Shown here piece by piece: positions 17,722 to 27,755 of a stretch of DNA of 64,000 nucleotides. The position numbers and the translations under genes were made by a program. This DNA is from Nitrospirota bacterium (GTDB taxonomy: Bacteria > Nitrospirota > UBA9217), in NCBI GenBank assembly GCA_963796285.1, contig CAWCKW010000012.1:160001-224000 (forward strand), written 5' to 3'. Under the pieces are notes generated by a model. It was not told the origin of the DNA. It saw nothing but the letters and a program-made list of their open reading frames with translations, and did no database searches. Within the stretch, counting starts at the first letter, position 1. Every line of letters begins with the position of its first letter.

Positions 17722-18522
17722 GTGATAAGGAGAATGTTCGTTCTGTTACAAGGCGTGGCCTTGCTATTGGCAGCGGTCTTTTTCTCCGGCTGTTATTCTG
17801 AAACGAAAGTCCCCATTGACACGATCCAGTATGGTGCCGGTGAAGTAAAAGACCCGCGCCTGCTATTTGTGTTTCTGCATGGCAACGGCGACCGGAACTC
17901 TGTATTCGAAAAAGAGGGCTTTGTCGAGGCCGCACGGGCTCATGGACTTTCCATTGACATGATCTCCGTGGATGCCCATGTCGGCTATTATATGAACGGA
18001 ACGATCCTGACGAGGCTGAAGGAGGATGTGATCGACCCGGCGAGGACCAAAGGATATAAGCGCATTTGGCTGGTCGGCAATTCCCTGGGAGGTTTCGGAG
18101 CCATTACCTATGCCCAGAAATACCCGAGTGAAATATCCGGAGTTGTTCTTCTGGGACCGTACCTGGGTGATAGGCCGATCATCAGCGAGATCAGGCAAGC
18201 GGGCGGTCTGCTGCAATGGGAGCCTGGCGATGTCATTCTGAAAACGAGGGAAGACGATGAAAAACATATCTGGATCTGGCTTAAAGAGCACAGCAAGCAG
18301 GGTTCGTTATATCCGGGTGACAAGAAGCGCTTGAAGGGGCAGGAGGATATTCCGGAGATATACCTGGGATATGGTAAGAAAGACCGGTTCACTTATGCCC
18401 AGGATTTCCTCGCCTCGCTGCTGCCTGCGGAGCAGGTCCTCGCCATTGACGGAGGTCATGACTGGTCTACGTGGAAAAAGCTATGGAATCAATTCCTTGA
18501 TAGGAAAATATTCGGGCAGTGA
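17722..18522 (+). CDS. Alpha/beta-hydrolase (esterase) lipoprotein
   Basis: AGGAG RBS before GTG 17722; signal peptide with lipobox FSGC; FLHG, GNSLGG nucleophile elbow, C-terminal GGHDW. Confidence 0.8.
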   Translation: MIRRMFVLLQGVALLLAAVFFSGCYSETKVPIDTIQYGAGEVKDPRLLFVFLHGNGDRNSVFEKEGFVEAARAHGLSIDMISVDAHVGYYMNGTILTRLKEDVIDPARTKGYKRIWLVGNSLGGFGAITYAQKYPSEISGVVLLGPYLGDRPIISEIRQAGGLLQWEPGDVILKTREDDEKHIWIWLKEHSKQGSLYPGDKKRLKGQEDIPEIYLGYGKKDRFTYAQDFLASLLPAEQVLAIDGGHDWSTWKKLWNQFLDRKIFGQ

Positions 18523-18825
18523 TTGTTTCGGAACTCGACCTACCGCGGGTTTTTAGATTACTTCCCCTTGACCTGCATTCGATTTTCCAGTAGAGTTGTT
18601 TACATCAGCTCTTTCATCCTTACACGTGAGATCGTCCATCGAGAAGGCAGTAATCACAGAAAAAAACAAACAATTGGTCGGGAACAACGTATCTCCGAAA
18701 AGGCGATACCGGTAATCAGCATTACTGTTTGTTCTTCATTGCGGCACAGTGTGGCCGTCTTTCTGTCATTCTGCGAATAATTGCCCTTTTTTATGCCCAT
18801 ATTCTTTTAGGAAGGTATTCTCATT

Positions 18826-19332
18826 ATGGTTGGGTGGTTCGGAGCTCTGTGGGGAATGGCAGGGGTCGTTCTCCTGATCGGGAGCGCGGTGGTCCGCTTG
18901 ACGCCGCTGGCGGTGGACGCTTTTTCAGAACAGTGGTCATGGTATCACTGGGCATCCTTTCTCGGGGTCCTTTTTTTCATGGCCTATGTTGAAGGTTATC
19001 GGGCTTTCCAGCAGGGCTTTTCTCCCCGCGTAGCGGCACGCGCCCGGCATCTCCGGGACCATCCGACACTGCTCCATGCGGCACTCGCGCCACTTTTTTG
19101 CATGGCCTATTTCCATGCGCAGCGAACGCGGCAGATAACTTCTCTTTCCGTGACCGCAGGGATCATCATCCTCGTTCTCCTGGTCCGGCTCCTGTCCCAG
19201 CCCTGGCGGGGGATTATCGACGGCGGCGTGGTCGTGGGTTTGGCATGGGGACTGGTTTCTCTGGTCGTGTTCGGTTATCAGGCCTTGACCGCGGACCGCT
19301 TCCCGTATTCACCGGAAGTGCCGGAGAAGTAG
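18826..19332 (+). CDS. Hypothetical integral membrane protein (4 TM)
   Basis: 168-aa hydrophobic ORF with MAY.EGYR.FQ..FSPRV and PWRGIID.GV motifs; GC-rich codon pattern. Confidence 0.7.
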   Translation: MVGWFGALWGMAGVVLLIGSAVVRLTPLAVDAFSEQWSWYHWASFLGVLFFMAYVEGYRAFQQGFSPRVAARARHLRDHPTLLHAALAPLFCMAYFHAQRTRQITSLSVTAGIIILVLLVRLLSQPWRGIIDGGVVVGLAWGLVSLVVFGYQALTADRFPYSPEVPEK

Positions 19333-19417
19333 CTTTGGTTCATTTGCCTGCTGATCGAAGCGAACCTTTTACCATAGGGCATCCCGACGAGCGGGACAGT
19401 ATTGGCACAAAACCGTG

Positions 19418-19532
19418 AATGTCAAATGGAAAATTTCAAAGTTCAAATCAATATTCAATGGCTAAATCAATAACGAGTTGCTATTAGCCAGATGAATTCT
19501 GATTTGACAATTGTAAGTTGGAACGTTAACTT
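19418..19532. repeat. AT-rich TCAAA/TTTGA-type palindromic element upstream of the 19548 gene
   Basis: Contains ATCAATATTCAATGGCTAAA (19447-19466), the 19/20 inverse of 20691-20710. Confidence 0.55.
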
Positions 19533-19547
19533 CCTCTGTTTGCACTA

Positions 19548-20591
19548 ATGGAGTCTCCCTTGGAACCAGCAACGGAAACAACGCATATCCCCGGTAAACT
19601 TGTCGTGTTCCTCTTTGGCGAGACCGGCATGAACCTCGAAACTTCGGAGGTGGTAGAGAGCAAGACCCAGAAAAGCGCCCCGAGCTACCCTGACGTCATC
19701 CCCAAACAAAAGATCATCAAAGTCGATAAACGCGGGGTTGACGACGCTGAGGTCGGTTTTATTGTCAAGGCGTATTTGCCGGACGTGGTTGTTGTCGAAG
19801 CATCGCTGAATATGGACGACATTCTTGCCGACACCACCCTGGAGTTCAAACGCAGGCTTATCAACGAATGCCGGAAGATACTGGGAGAGTTCGGCTGCGA
19901 CCCGAAATTCGACGAAGAATACAGCGTGTACTGCATCTCGGCCTACAGCGGTGACCCCGAAGTGTACCTGGCCCTGTACGGGGACAGGATCGCCGCAATC
20001 CTCAAGAACGAACGGATCGCACTCGACGAGGAAGAAGTGCACGCTACTCTGTCGTCCTATCTGAAATACGGCAAGGACGACATCACGATCGTGGATTGGG
20101 ACGGCGCCTTCATCTTCGACTCCTCCAGTGACTTCGATAGCAACATCGAGCTGTTCGAGATCGCGAATCTCCAGCTTCTGAAGTCCAGGATCCTTGACTA
20201 CGACCTGGATGAGCGGCTTGAAAAGACCCTCCGACTCGTTAAAGCCCCCAAGAAGTTTCCGGTCATCCGTTCCGCAGAGGTGAGGAGGGTGGTGAGGGAG
20301 ATCATAGAGATCCGGACGCAGTCCATTCTCGAATCAGAGGCTGTGGAACGAAACATCAAACTGATCGGAGACTGGTATTCCGCGAAGCTCTACACACTGA
20401 TCTCAAAGAAATTCCACCTGGAGAGCTGGAAGGCGGAGATCAAGGAAAAGCTCGACACCCTTGAGGACGTATATACCATGGCCACGGAGAATTTCAGCGT
20501 GTCCTACCGGGCGACCATTGAGTTTATCATCCTCGGCGGATGGTTCGTGTTGCTGCTCCTGTACGTGGCGGAGTTTCTGTTCACGAAGTGA
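19548..20591 (+). CDS. Hypothetical protein, RMD1/DUF155-like with C-terminal TM helix
   Basis: VDWDGAFIFD, E.ANLQLL..R..D..LD, IGDWY.A.LY..F.L..W pattern; family assignment tentative. Confidence 0.6.
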   Translation: MESPLEPATETTHIPGKLVVFLFGETGMNLETSEVVESKTQKSAPSYPDVIPKQKIIKVDKRGVDDAEVGFIVKAYLPDVVVVEASLNMDDILADTTLEFKRRLINECRKILGEFGCDPKFDEEYSVYCISAYSGDPEVYLALYGDRIAAILKNERIALDEEEVHATLSSYLKYGKDDITIVDWDGAFIFDSSSDFDSNIELFEIANLQLLKSRILDYDLDERLEKTLRLVKAPKKFPVIRSAEVRRVVREIIEIRTQSILESEAVERNIKLIGDWYSAKLYTLISKKFHLESWKAEIKEKLDTLEDVYTMATENFSVSYRATIEFIILGGWFVLLLLYVAEFLFTK

Positions 20592-20624
20592 CGTAACAAT
20601 CGGATCTATCCACAGGCACGGAGA

Positions 20625-20710
20625 AAGTTGAAATTCTAAAATGCAAATGTCATATCAAACTTCAAATAGTAAACGGCACATAGTTGCTGTTTTAGCCATT
20701 GAACATTGAT
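20625..20710. repeat. Related AT-rich element downstream of the 19548 gene
   Basis: TTTAGCCATTGAACATTGAT (20691-20710); also shares AGTTGCT..TTAGCCA with the upstream copy. Confidence 0.55.
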
Positions 20711-20892
20711 CCTTGTCAGGCGACATTCATTGCTTTGTAAAAACCTATCGGGTCACCTCTGATACGGACCTTGCACGCTGAACACAGCAACAACTCGGGA
20801 TCCACCAGGGAGCGCTTCAGGAGATGTAACTGGATGAAAATCCCCCGCAGGGCCGTCATGAAATGCTGTCTTAACACGCGTTAACTCTTCAA

Positions 20893-20921
20893 TTGACATA
20901 ATTTTCCATACGGTTTACAGT
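20893..20921 (+). promoter_or_regulatory. Putative sigma70 promoter
   Basis: TTGACA-N17-TACAGT upstream of ATG 20995. Confidence 0.55.
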
Positions 20922-20994
20922 AATCTCAATAAATGTCGAGTATCGCCCCGGGTGCCCCGGCAGTTATTTTTCAACGCTCCTGTTACGATATCCT

Positions 20995-23526
20995 ATGAAG
21001 ATACATGTCACGCACAAGAGAATTCTGTTCCTGGTCATTGGCGGTTTTGTGCTGTTGGCGGCATATGCCGCCTTTGATAACCTCCTGTTTTCGCACAGGA
21101 CATTCCTGAATCTTCTGCCCTTTGACATTTCCGAGTATCAAATTAATTTCCGCGCATTGTTCCTGGCTAGTTTTGCCGTGTTCGGCATACTGGCAGGCCT
21201 GTTCAGCGTGCTGGCAAAAAGGATACTGACAAAACAACGTCTGACCGAGGAGCAGTATAAGAAGCTCGTCGCACTATCAAACGACATCATCACTGTCGCC
21301 GACAGGGACGGGAAGCAGGTTTTCATGAACGATGCCGCCTACCGCATCCTCGAACGTACCCCGGAGGAAGTGATCGGCAGGCCGTTCACGGAATTACTGC
21401 ATCCCGCTGACAGGGGAAAATCCCTGGCAAAGCACAAGGTTCTGGAGAAATCAGACACAGGTACTTACCGTATAGAGACCCGGTACATGACAAAAAGCGG
21501 AAAAGCGATCAACGTCCAGCAAAATGTCCATGTGCTCAAGGATGAAAGGGGAGCGATTATCGGGTCGCAGAGTATCGCGCGGGATATTACGGAACTCAAG
21601 CAGGCAAAAGATGCCTTGCAGACGGCCCTGCAACAAGTAGAAGATGAAAAAGTTCGGTCGGAATCTGTTCTCTCGGCGATCGGTGACGGTATCAGTATTC
21701 AGAGCACGGATTTTAAGATCCTGTATCAAAATCAGGCACACAAAACAATGACCGGTGGTGATCGGCTCGGTCAGGCCTGCTATCAGGTCTATTGGGAGGC
21801 TGACGAAATTTGCCCTGGCTGTCCATTGGCGGAAGCCTTTAAGGACGGGGAAATCCATACGCTGGAAAAAACCCTATCCAGGAATGGAGAGGTCCGCTTC
21901 CTCGAGATCAAGGCCTCTCCCCTGAGGGATGCGACCGGTAAGATCATTGCCGGAATCGAGTCGGTCAGGGACATTACGGCGCGCAGGAACGTGGAAGAAA
22001 AATTGAAGATGTTTTCCACTGCCATTGAAGAGGCAATGGACGGTATTCAGATCATCGATCTGGACGGTCATATCGTCTATTCCAATAAAGGAATCAGAGA
22101 GATTCTCGGATTTTCACATGAAGAGCTTATTGGGAAGCATGTTAATGTGATAAGCGCCGCCTGGGAATCCACTGAACAGTTCATCATCCCGAAGACCAGA
22201 GAAACCGGCCAGTGGAGCGGCGAGCTTCCGGTTTTCAACAAGGATGGCAGGACCTTTCCTGTGTGGCTCTCCATGTCGCTCGTGAAGGATGACCACGGAC
22301 AGCCCATCGCGATGATCGGCATCATGCGGGACATCACCGAGCGCCAACAGGCCGAGGAGAGCCTGAAAAGAGACCATGAGCAGTTGAATAAACTCGTTGA
22401 AGAGCGCACTCGGGAACTTGCTACCGCGAATGAGCAGCTCAGCAAAGAGATAGCGGATCGGGGAAAAATGGAACAGGAACTGCTCAAGGCGCAGGGGCTC
22501 GAGGGGAACATGAAACGAGACCATGAGCAGTTGGCCAAACTCGTTGAAGAGCGCACTCGGGAACTTGCTACCGCGAATGAGCAGCTCCGCAAGGAGATAG
22601 CGGATCGGAGAAAAATGGAACAGGAGCTGCTCAAGGCGCCGGGGCTCGAGGAGAGCCTGAAACGAGACCATGAGCAGTTGGCCAAACGCGTTGAAGAGCT
22701 CACCCGAGAGCTTTTTGCCGCTAGTGAAAAGCTGCGCAAGGAGATCGCTGACCGTGATCAAATGGAACAGGAGCTGCACGAGGCCCAGAAGCTCGAATCA
22801 CTCGGGAGCCTTACCGGCAGCATTGCGAACGATTTCAATAATCTGCTCGTTTCAATCATGGGGAACATTATTTTCGCCATGCAGGAACTGAATCCCGATG
22901 ATAACGCCTATCGGCAGCTTGCTGGAGCGGAGAAAGCGTCGCTCAGGGCACAGGACCTGACCCGCCAGCTTCTCACGTTCGCGAAAGGTGGGGCGTTGGT
23001 AAAAAGAGCAGTGGCTATCAGTGACTTGCTGCGGGAGGTCACCGGTGTTACCCAACACAGTACACACGTGAAAATCTATTATTCCCTCCCCGAGAACCTA
23101 TGGTTCGCGGACGTGGACGTAGGCCAGATCGGCCAGGTCATCCAGAATCTTATCACCAATGCGGACCATGCGATGCCTGAGGGGGGAACGATCACGATAA
23201 GCAGCGAAAATTCAGTTGTCGCTGAACACTCGCCACTGCCATTGAGGCCGGGAAACTATGTAAAGATCAGCGTCCGGGACCATGGTGTCGGCATATCGCA
23301 GGAGCATCTTTCGCAGATTTTCGATCCCTCCTTTACGACAAAAGAACAGGGGAGCGGGCTCGGCCTTGCTACGTCATATTCCATTATCAAGCAACACGGC
23401 GGCCATATTTTTGCAGAATCCGAGATAGGAAAGGGCACCACTTTTATTATCTATCTCCCCGCGTCTCTGTTAGAGACAGCGACGAAACTGACCAGAGAAA
23501 TTAATCTATTTTCGGGTTCCGGCTGA
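20995..23526 (+). CDS. Membrane-anchored triple-PAS histidine-kinase-like protein with degenerate H-box (His->Asn)
   Basis: 2 TM, three PAS/PAC ending RDIT, coiled coil, GSIANDFNNLL (canonical GGIAHDFNNLL); HATPase N, G1, F and G2 boxes present. Confidence 0.9.
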   Translation: MKIHVTHKRILFLVIGGFVLLAAYAAFDNLLFSHRTFLNLLPFDISEYQINFRALFLASFAVFGILAGLFSVLAKRILTKQRLTEEQYKKLVALSNDIITVADRDGKQVFMNDAAYRILERTPEEVIGRPFTELLHPADRGKSLAKHKVLEKSDTGTYRIETRYMTKSGKAINVQQNVHVLKDERGAIIGSQSIARDITELKQAKDALQTALQQVEDEKVRSESVLSAIGDGISIQSTDFKILYQNQAHKTMTGGDRLGQACYQVYWEADEICPGCPLAEAFKDGEIHTLEKTLSRNGEVRFLEIKASPLRDATGKIIAGIESVRDITARRNVEEKLKMFSTAIEEAMDGIQIIDLDGHIVYSNKGIREILGFSHEELIGKHVNVISAAWESTEQFIIPKTRETGQWSGELPVFNKDGRTFPVWLSMSLVKDDHGQPIAMIGIMRDITERQQAEESLKRDHEQLNKLVEERTRELATANEQLSKEIADRGKMEQELLKAQGLEGNMKRDHEQLAKLVEERTRELATANEQLRKEIADRRKMEQELLKAPGLEESLKRDHEQLAKRVEELTRELFAASEKLRKEIADRDQMEQELHEAQKLESLGSLTGSIANDFNNLLVSIMGNIIFAMQELNPDDNAYRQLAGAEKASLRAQDLTRQLLTFAKGGALVKRAVAISDLLREVTGVTQHSTHVKIYYSLPENLWFADVDVGQIGQVIQNLITNADHAMPEGGTITISSENSVVAEHSPLPLRPGNYVKISVRDHGVGISQEHLSQIFDPSFTTKEQGSGLGLATSYSIIKQHGGHIFAESEIGKGTTFIIYLPASLLETATKLTREINLFSGSG
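22354..22794 (+). repeat. In-frame tandem repeat, 3 x 147 bp (49 aa)
   Basis: GACCATGAGCAGTTG at 22372, 22519 and 22666. Confidence 0.95.
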
Positions 23527-23700
23527 ATACTGCTGCAGGATGACGAAAAGGATGTCAGGCGGGCAATCGGTGACGTACTCAATCGGCTGGGTTAGACGGC
23601 AGAATTCGTTGAAGAGGGAGCACTGGCCATCGATCTGTATCAAGAGGCGAGTGGGGCCGGAACGCTCTTTGATGCCGTGATCATGGATTTGATCATACGG
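23527..23700 (+). pseudogene. Decayed receiver (REC) domain of the upstream hybrid kinase
   Basis: Same frame continues after TGA: ILLQDDE...LNRLG*TAEFVEEGALAIDLY...FDAVIMDL, with a second stop at 23593. Confidence 0.85.
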
Positions 23701-23768
23701 GAGGCAGGGAGGGATTCCGCAGGAATGTTACAATTATTATTTCACTTGTTTTAGTATTCGGTTTCCAT

Positions 23769-23806
23769 AAAAAAAAGGACCAGAGAACGTTCCCTGGTCC
23801 TTTTTT
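23769..23806. terminator. Bidirectional terminator between convergent genes
   Basis: A-tract GGACCAG...CTGGTCC T-tract. Confidence 0.85.
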
Positions 23807-23821
23807 CATCATAGCCCGATA

Positions 23822-25162
23822 TTAAATCTGGTCGGTGTCAACGACCAGCCTGATCTTCTGCCCAGCACGCACTGTTTTGCCGAGCCCCTTGTTCCACTCC
23901 CGGATGTCGGTGATGGTCACATTGTGTCTCTTCGCTATCCGCATAAGCGTTTCTCCGCGTCTGACGCGGTAGAGGATCTTCTGTTGTTTGCTGTCCTGCC
24001 CCATCGTCAAGTAGCTCACTTCAAGATTTTTCCCATTAACGTCGACAGGAATGAGCAGGTGTTTGCCGGGCGCGATGCGGTTTTTCTTGAGGCCGTTGAT
24101 GTCGCGTATCGCCTCCGGCTTTGTGTTGTACAGTTTGGCGAGTGAGGAGAGTGTTTCTCCCTTCTTGACCTCATGCCGTTCCCACTTGATTTTCTGATCC
24201 TGCGGGATTGCGGCAAAGTTTACAAGAAATGTATCTTTTTTACCATAGGGTATTCTCAGGGTGTACTTGGCGAATTGCGGGGGGGTCACCCACCGCTTGA
24301 TCTCAGGGTTCAGTTCTTTGATATCCTGATAGGTGCATTCCGCGCAGCGGGCGATCAAACGGAGGTCCGTGCTTTCCTCGATCACCACCTCATCGAACTT
24401 GTATGGATCGCCGGTCGTCACGCTGAAGCCGTAAGCCTCGGGGTTCTTGGCGATGATGGTTGCCGCCATCCACGTGGGCACGTAGTTCTTGGTCTCTTTC
24501 CTGATGTACCGTGATGCTCTCAGGTCCCAGAAGTCATCGGAGCGGGTCCTGAGCACGGCGCGCTGTACTTTGCCGGCGCCGGCATTATACGATGCGATGG
24601 CCAGCGGCCAGGAGCCAAAGAGGTTATGCAGGTCTTTCAGATGTTCTGCCGCAGCGGTCGTGGACTTGATGGGGTCCTTCCGTTCATCGATCCACCAGTC
24701 GATCTTGAGTCCGTAGAGCTTGCCGGTGGCAGGCATGAACTGCCAGGGACCCACTGCCCGGCACCAGGATACGGCATACGGGTTTAAACCGCTCTCGATC
24801 ATGGCCACGTAGACGAGGTCCTCGGGAAGGTTCTTTTCTTTAAAAATATCCTTCATGACGGGAATATACCGCGCGGCCCGATCAAGCCAAATCTGGAACA
24901 CCGCGCGTCCGCGCGTCTTGAAATACTCCAGGTTGCTTTCTACGCTGTCGTTCAGGACCATCGGGATATTATAGGGTTTTACATACGTTGAATCGTCAGT
25001 AACTTCTTCATCGAGCTGGGCCACGTCATCGGATGGAGGTTTCATTTGGGGCGGGATGACCTCCTCTTTGGCGGGAGACGGGGTATCTGCGTGAACGGTA
25101 TGAAACGGGAAAAAGAAAACAACGCTAAGTACGAATAAAATAAAGTAAATTTTATGACGCAT
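23822..25162 (-). CDS. mltD: Lytic murein transglycosylase D (SLT + 2 LysM)
   Basis: AMIESG, GPWQFMPATG, ASYNAG, ETKNYVP; two LysM repeats (VKKGETL, VRRGETL). Confidence 0.92.
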   Translation of the reverse strand: MRHKIYFILFVLSVVFFFPFHTVHADTPSPAKEEVIPPQMKPPSDDVAQLDEEVTDDSTYVKPYNIPMVLNDSVESNLEYFKTRGRAVFQIWLDRAARYIPVMKDIFKEKNLPEDLVYVAMIESGLNPYAVSWCRAVGPWQFMPATGKLYGLKIDWWIDERKDPIKSTTAAAEHLKDLHNLFGSWPLAIASYNAGAGKVQRAVLRTRSDDFWDLRASRYIRKETKNYVPTWMAATIIAKNPEAYGFSVTTGDPYKFDEVVIEESTDLRLIARCAECTYQDIKELNPEIKRWVTPPQFAKYTLRIPYGKKDTFLVNFAAIPQDQKIKWERHEVKKGETLSSLAKLYNTKPEAIRDINGLKKNRIAPGKHLLIPVDVNGKNLEVSYLTMGQDSKQQKILYRVRRGETLMRIAKRHNVTITDIREWNKGLGKTVRAGQKIRLVVDTDQI

Positions 25163-25354
25163 ATTTCCTCCAGTCTCGCGTAAAGGTTAACTCAACCGCG
25201 TCTCTTTGTCAACAAATAAATGGAAAAAACAAAATATAAAGCCCACTATTTTTTGTCGTTTTCTTGCATATGCTATGGCCGGAACAGGTTGTTCGGTGGA
25301 TTTGTCCGGCAGTTTCACTTGTAATTCATGGTGTTGTTCTGTATTATTGGCTGC

Positions 25355-26110
25355 ATGGAAGGCGCCCGCATACAGGAGATCTTTAGCTCGATTCAAGGCG
25401 AGGGCCCCTGGACCGGCCAGAGGCATATCTTTGTCCGCTTTGCGGGGTGTGATATCCGGTGCCGCTACTGCGATACACCGGCTGCTGTCCAGAGGGAAGA
25501 TGAAAGCGCGGGACTGCGATCCTGCAGTGTTCAAATAGCGGCAGGTACGAACGAGCATGAGCAGGCGCCGAATCCCATTTCTCCCCCGGCGCTTACGGCT
25601 TTCTGCTCACGGCTGGTCATTCCCGGCCCGTCACGCCCGGTGATCAGCCTGACCGGAGGCGAGCCCCTGCTGCATGCAGCTTTTCTGGATGCATGGCTTC
25701 CGATGGTTCGCAGCACCTTCACCGTGTATCTTGAAACCAGCGGAATTCATTACGATGCCATGAAGAGCATCAGCGATCTGGTGGATGTGGTGAGCATAGA
25801 CTTTAAACTCCCTTCCGCCACAGGGCTAAGGCCTTTCTGGGAAGAGCACAGGAAGTTTTTGGAGGGAATACGCGGGAAAACGTTTTTTGTAAAGGTTGTT
25901 GTGACCGGAGACACGAAGAAGGAGGATGTCCTCACTTCCGCGAGGATCATCGCGGGGTTCGAACGGTCCACGGTGCTCGTTATCCAGCCTGCGTGTGGAC
26001 CGCTTGCGCCTGAATCGGCCATGCTCATGGATTTTCAAGATGCGGCGCTCGGGATCATTGAAGACGTTCGTGTCATGCCCCAGGTGCATAAGATGTTGAA
26101 CGTATTGTAG
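25355..26110 (+). CDS. queE: 7-carboxy-7-deazaguanine synthase (radical SAM)
   Basis: EIFSSIQGEG, FVRFAGCDIRCRYCDT, LTGGEPLL, PQVHK. Confidence 0.93.
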   Translation: MEGARIQEIFSSIQGEGPWTGQRHIFVRFAGCDIRCRYCDTPAAVQREDESAGLRSCSVQIAAGTNEHEQAPNPISPPALTAFCSRLVIPGPSRPVISLTGGEPLLHAAFLDAWLPMVRSTFTVYLETSGIHYDAMKSISDLVDVVSIDFKLPSATGLRPFWEEHRKFLEGIRGKTFFVKVVVTGDTKKEDVLTSARIIAGFERSTVLVIQPACGPLAPESAMLMDFQDAALGIIEDVRVMPQVHKMLNVL

Positions 26111-26186
26111 AGGATAGCGAATACCTACAGCGGACCGGTGACAATCCGAACGCTGCATGTGCAGGGAGGGAGGATACAACAATCTC

Positions 26187-27620
26187 GTGCAGCTTAACAT
26201 TCTCGTACCTGTTGTTGAAGAACTTGCCGCTCTCCTCACGAACGCGCGGGTGGAACGCGTGTATCAGGGGAGGGGGGGAGGAATGTATATCCTCCTCAAT
26301 CGCGACCGGAAAAAGTTCAACCTCCTGCTTTCTCCGGACCGTGCCATGCCCCGCCTGCATCTGGTGAGTGTGAAGCCGGTTGCCGAAGATCCGCCCCACG
26401 GTTTCATCCTTTTTCTCAGGAGCCACGTGTCCGGCGCACGGGTGACGGGCATCGGTTTGCTGGACCAGGACCGGGTCGTTGATATCCGCTTCAGTAAGCA
26501 GGGAGATCAATATCGCATCCTGTTCGAACTCTTCGGTTCATCGGCCAATCTTGTCCTTGTTGATCAACGCTCGGTAATCCTCGCGGTCTATTACGCGGTC
26601 CCGCCCGCGGAAGGGGTGGCCCATCCGCTGCTGCCAGGTCTCCTGTACAGCGCTCCTGAAAAGCCGCTTATCACGGGATCGAGGGGAGCCGATTGTACGC
26701 CTGGATTCGATGTTGGCCCTTCTCCCAGCGGGGCTGCGGAACTTTATTACGACCATCTTGTTGAGCAGCGTCAAATCCGTTCCCTCAGGACCGAACTTTC
26801 TTCCCTCATAAAAAAGAACCTGTCAAAGACCGATCGTCTCGTGACCGCCTTGTCCGGCGACCTGCAGGCGGCTGACCGGATCGACGAATACCGGCGGGCG
26901 GGCGATCTGATCCTTGCTCATCTGAAAGATCTGAGGACCGGCATGGAGCGGGCGGACCTTACGGGGTATGACGGTAACACGGTATCGGTCATTCTCGACC
27001 CGAAGCGTTCTCCGTCGCGGAATGCGGAACTCTATTTCAAAAAGTATAAAAAAGCAAGGACGGGCCGTGACATCATCTCGGCGCGTCTGCGCCAGGCTAC
27101 CGGTGAAGCCGCATATCTCAAATCACTAGTAATCGATCTTGAACAGGCGAACGATGCTGACGCCCTTCTGGCGATCCGGTCCGAGCTAGCTGCAAAAGGA
27201 TATTTTGGAAAAAAGCCCGCCCAACCGAGAAGAAAAACGCAACAGGGAGCCGCACCACCGGCAATAAGAAGGGTCCTGTTCAACGGATGGGAGATCCTGG
27301 TGGGCAAGAGCGCGGCAGGCAACGATCATCTTACGATGCAGCTTGCCCGTCCTGACGATCTCTGGCTCCATGCCGAGGGCTTGCCCGGCTCTCACGTGCT
27401 TATCAGAAATCCGAATGCCGGTGACGTCCCTCCCGACGTGCTGGTGAAAGCGGCTGCTCTGGCGGCATTCCATAGTAAAGGAAGACATGCCGGTAAAGTG
27501 CCGGTAACGTATACCCGCGCAGGGCTGGTAAAAAAACCGAAGGGCGCGAAGCCGGGACTGGTGCAACTTCAGGAGCGGAGATCCTTGATGGTTGAGCCGG
27601 AGGACGTGCAGCGCATGTAG
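26187..27620 (+). CDS. rqcH: Rqc2/RqcH (NFACT, FbpA-like) ribosome quality-control protein
   Basis: DRVV, ELFG..ANL, NAE.YFKKYKK, GKSA.GND.LT..DLWLH...PGSHV, KPKGAKPG. Confidence 0.88.
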   Translation: MQLNILVPVVEELAALLTNARVERVYQGRGGGMYILLNRDRKKFNLLLSPDRAMPRLHLVSVKPVAEDPPHGFILFLRSHVSGARVTGIGLLDQDRVVDIRFSKQGDQYRILFELFGSSANLVLVDQRSVILAVYYAVPPAEGVAHPLLPGLLYSAPEKPLITGSRGADCTPGFDVGPSPSGAAELYYDHLVEQRQIRSLRTELSSLIKKNLSKTDRLVTALSGDLQAADRIDEYRRAGDLILAHLKDLRTGMERADLTGYDGNTVSVILDPKRSPSRNAELYFKKYKKARTGRDIISARLRQATGEAAYLKSLVIDLEQANDADALLAIRSELAAKGYFGKKPAQPRRKTQQGAAPPAIRRVLFNGWEILVGKSAAGNDHLTMQLARPDDLWLHAEGLPGSHVLIRNPNAGDVPPDVLVKAAALAAFHSKGRHAGKVPVTYTRAGLVKKPKGAKPGLVQLQERRSLMVEPEDVQRM

Positions 27621-27649
27621 ATCAACTTCCGGCAAAAAAATCAGCAATG

Positions 27650-27755
27650 TCTACCGCAAAGTAACTCAAGGTGCAAAAGAAAACCGGGATTTTTGTATCT
27701 TACTATCTTTGTGTTCCGGATGTGAAAAAGCTTTTGGTCCGTCTTGTCCGGATCA
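27650..27755. repeat. Degenerate family B element
   Basis: CGCAAAG..CAAGGTGCAAAAG...CTTTGTG...GGTCCGTCTTGTCCGGATCAG. Confidence 0.45.
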
